Part shown: piece by piece, positions 61,381 through 64,000 of the stretch
Layout: each line of letters starts with the position of its first letter
How positions within the stretch are numbered: position 1 is the first letter of the stretch
Assembly (NCBI RefSeq): GCF_009914755.1
Contig: NC_060936.1
DNA length: 64,000 nt
Reading direction: 5' to 3' (one strand)
From: the human T2T-CHM13v2.0 reference genome, Homo sapiens
Translations under genes and position numbers: made by a program
The notes under the pieces: model-generated
Database searches by the model: none
Told to the model about the DNA's origin: nothing
The model's input: only the letters and a program-made list of their open reading frames with translations

Positions 61381-63511
61381 TTGTCTTTAGGTGTGACATA
61401 TCTAGAAATATTTATACCCAGAGACTATAAATACATATAATATGCTGGAAAAAATTAAGTACATAATACCAGACAATGCAATATGAAAAGGAAGGCAGTA
61501 AGTAAAACCTAAGTTGAGGAGACTGGGCTGTACCTGATGTATGATAAATTGATAGAATACTTCCCTCTACAGAAAAAAAAATCTGTGAAATACTATGAGT
61601 GATGTAAACACTATTTAATGATTTTGGACTTGTAGACTCAATTTTTTAAAAGTGCATGTTTTCTTATATTTATGAAACGCTTGTAAGTATTATCAACCTT
61701 GACGACATTAAAGTAAAACCAGAGGTGACAGGAGTTGAGAAGATAAAGTGGGAAGTCAAAAGACGATGTGTTTGATTAAGGACCATATTTAGGGCAGTAT
61801 TTTGAAACATCTTTACATTACAAAATAAAAAAATGTATCTATTCCATTAACACTGGATTAATGGATGAGGCTGCTATTCACTGCTGGAGGCACTCTCTCT
61901 GTGGACCCTGGCTACCCAAGGCCTGACCTGGCAGAAAGCCTACACACCATTCATGGCACACTGGCTGTTAAGTTCTACTTAATTTATGGATGTAATAGAG
62001 GCTTTCAAAATGGTTATATACAAGAGTATGGAAGAGTTGAGTGATGTTAACCTTCATCTATCAGATTATTTTAACCCTCCCCTATCAGAACAGGAAACCA
62101 GAACTTGTCATCAAATAGTTTAAGCATATTATTTAAACTCAAAATATGGACATAAAAATTGAAAACAATATCAAAAGGACTCAAAAATAAAAATAGCGAG
62201 ATGTTTTTGCTTTTGAGAAGTAGTAATGAAGATGAAGAGGCCTATAATTTTCATTAAAAGCTCTTCTATGTTCCTTATGATTTTTTAATCCTATATACAC
62301 ATAACTTTCTGACTAAACAATTACCTGTTAGATAAAAGAACATTTTTAGGTATGTACAATATTAGGTAAAAAATAATAATTCTAAAAAGGGTATAAATAA
62401 AATGTGGAAAAACACAGTAATTACTATGTTGCCAAAACAAACTCTTTAAAGTAAAAATGTAAAATCTCAGGAACATATATTAATTCAGGCTTTTCTGGGA
62501 ACTGGGACAAAATGCTGTAGAAAGTACATAGAATGTGTAACTGATATTCCTTGGACCAGAACAAAACCCCTGACTTTCAGATGTTGCAAGAGAAGTAAAT
62601 AACAATTTTCCCTATTCAGCTTCAAAGCCTTCCATGGAAACACTGAAAAGAAAAAAAAGAAAAGAAACAAACAAACAAAACTCCTGGTTCCTCATCTTTC
62701 ATCCTCCATCTCCCCAGCAAAAAAAAAAAAAAAAAAAAAAAAAGTATCTCAAAAGGCAGATAATCACAGTTCTTACCATCTTACTAACACGTTAGTGATG
62801 ATGTAAGAAAACCTTTTTCTATCTCTTTCTTGTAGGAGGGATTTATCTTCAAAAGAAGATAGAAAACAATAGTTGTAAATAAACAGCAAAATATTTAATT
62901 TCCTAAAAATAGGAGTGTTTAGGAAAAATAGAGTGCATATTTTCTACTCTATTGTTTAGACAATAAAGTACAAATCATGGTATTTTACTTGCATTCAGAT
63001 TAATTCTTCCACTGTCTTTGAACAGACTAATGCTTCAATTATTGGTACATTTTCGGTTAGATATAATTTTTCTTCATTAGAAGCATGAACCATCACCCAA
63101 ATTTTTAAAAATATCATTTTCTCAAATAAAAATCATAGACTTAAATGCTAGGAAAAATGATAGATGAGAAGTCACCATGAATTCATTAGCATTAGATATT
63201 TAAGAAAAAGAATGAATGTTAGGTAGACTCCAGGGGAAGATAGAAGTTTCCTAACCAAATGGAAAGAGATTATTGAAAATTTCCTTGTTGTCTAATACAG
63301 TCTTTATTCACCCAATTATTTTTAAAAACTTTTTGTAGTTCTTCCACATATTCCACATGTAGAGACTTCCACACATTTTAAAAATAACACCAGGGAAATA
63401 GAATGTAGTAAACTAAGACATAACTAAACTTTTCTGTTTTAGTCAGGGACAAAAATAGAGGACATGATATTATTCTTATTTAAATTACAGCCCAAGAGGT
63501 GTTTATTTAGT

Positions 63512-64000
63512 CTTTCCTTTTCTTTTCTCTCTCTTTTTTTTTTATTATACTTTATGTTTTAGGGTACATGTGCACAACGTGCAGGTTCGTTACATATGTA
63601 TACATGTGCCATGTTGGTGTGCTGCACCATTTAACTCGTCATTTAGCATTAGGTATATCTCCTAATGCTATCCCTCCCCTGTCCCCCCACCCCCCAGCAG
63701 GCCCTGGTGTGTGATGTTCCCCTTCCTATGTCCATGTGTTCTCATTGTTCAATTCCCACCTATGAGTGAGAACATGCGGTGTTTGGTTTTTTGTCCTTGC
63801 GATAGTTTGCTGAGAATGATGGTTTCCAGTTTCATCCATGTCCCTACAAAGGACATGAACTCATCATTTTTTATGGCTGCATAGTATTCCATGGTGCATG
63901 TGTGCCACATTTTCTTAATCCAGTCTATCGTTGTTGGACATTTAGGTTGGTTCCAAGTCTTTGCTATTGTGAATAGTGCCGCTATAAACATACGTGTGCA
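63512..64000 (-). mobile_element. L1PA4/PA5-type 3' end, runs off the window
   Basis: T-rich tail, 3'UTR and ORF2 C-terminus (…MFSLIGGN). Confidence 0.95.

Noticed and set aside
62719-62743. Isolated poly(A) run as an orphan retrocopy tail
   Set aside because: No convincing TSD or upstream poly(A) signal found.

Overview
AT-rich, gene-poor human genomic DNA made mostly of transposable elements. The species call rests on an L1HS-Ta fragment with the ACA and G diagnostic bases, plus AluY and THE1A. I can support no host protein-coding exon, tRNA or rRNA; the long ORFs in the track derive from L1, THE1 or Alu. Main contents: a full-length minus-strand L1PA2/PA3-type element (36556-42564) carrying a ~385-bp 3' transduction inside a perfect 16-bp target-site duplication (TSD); a short L1HS-Ta insertion; two 5'-inverted (twin-primed) L1s; a two-LTR THE1A nested in an old L1; a Tigger1 with four nested retroelements; a MER85 piggyBac MITE; and many Alu, MLT1, MIR, L2, CR1 and L1M relics. 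The most interesting signals are the transduction, non-consensus variants shared between neighbouring L1 copies (possible local gene conversion), a frameshift-extended ORF0 and templated fold-back insertion scars. I see no evidence of a new protein-based system. Subfamily names come from remembered consensus sequences and were not checked by alignment; boundaries of old repeats are approximate.
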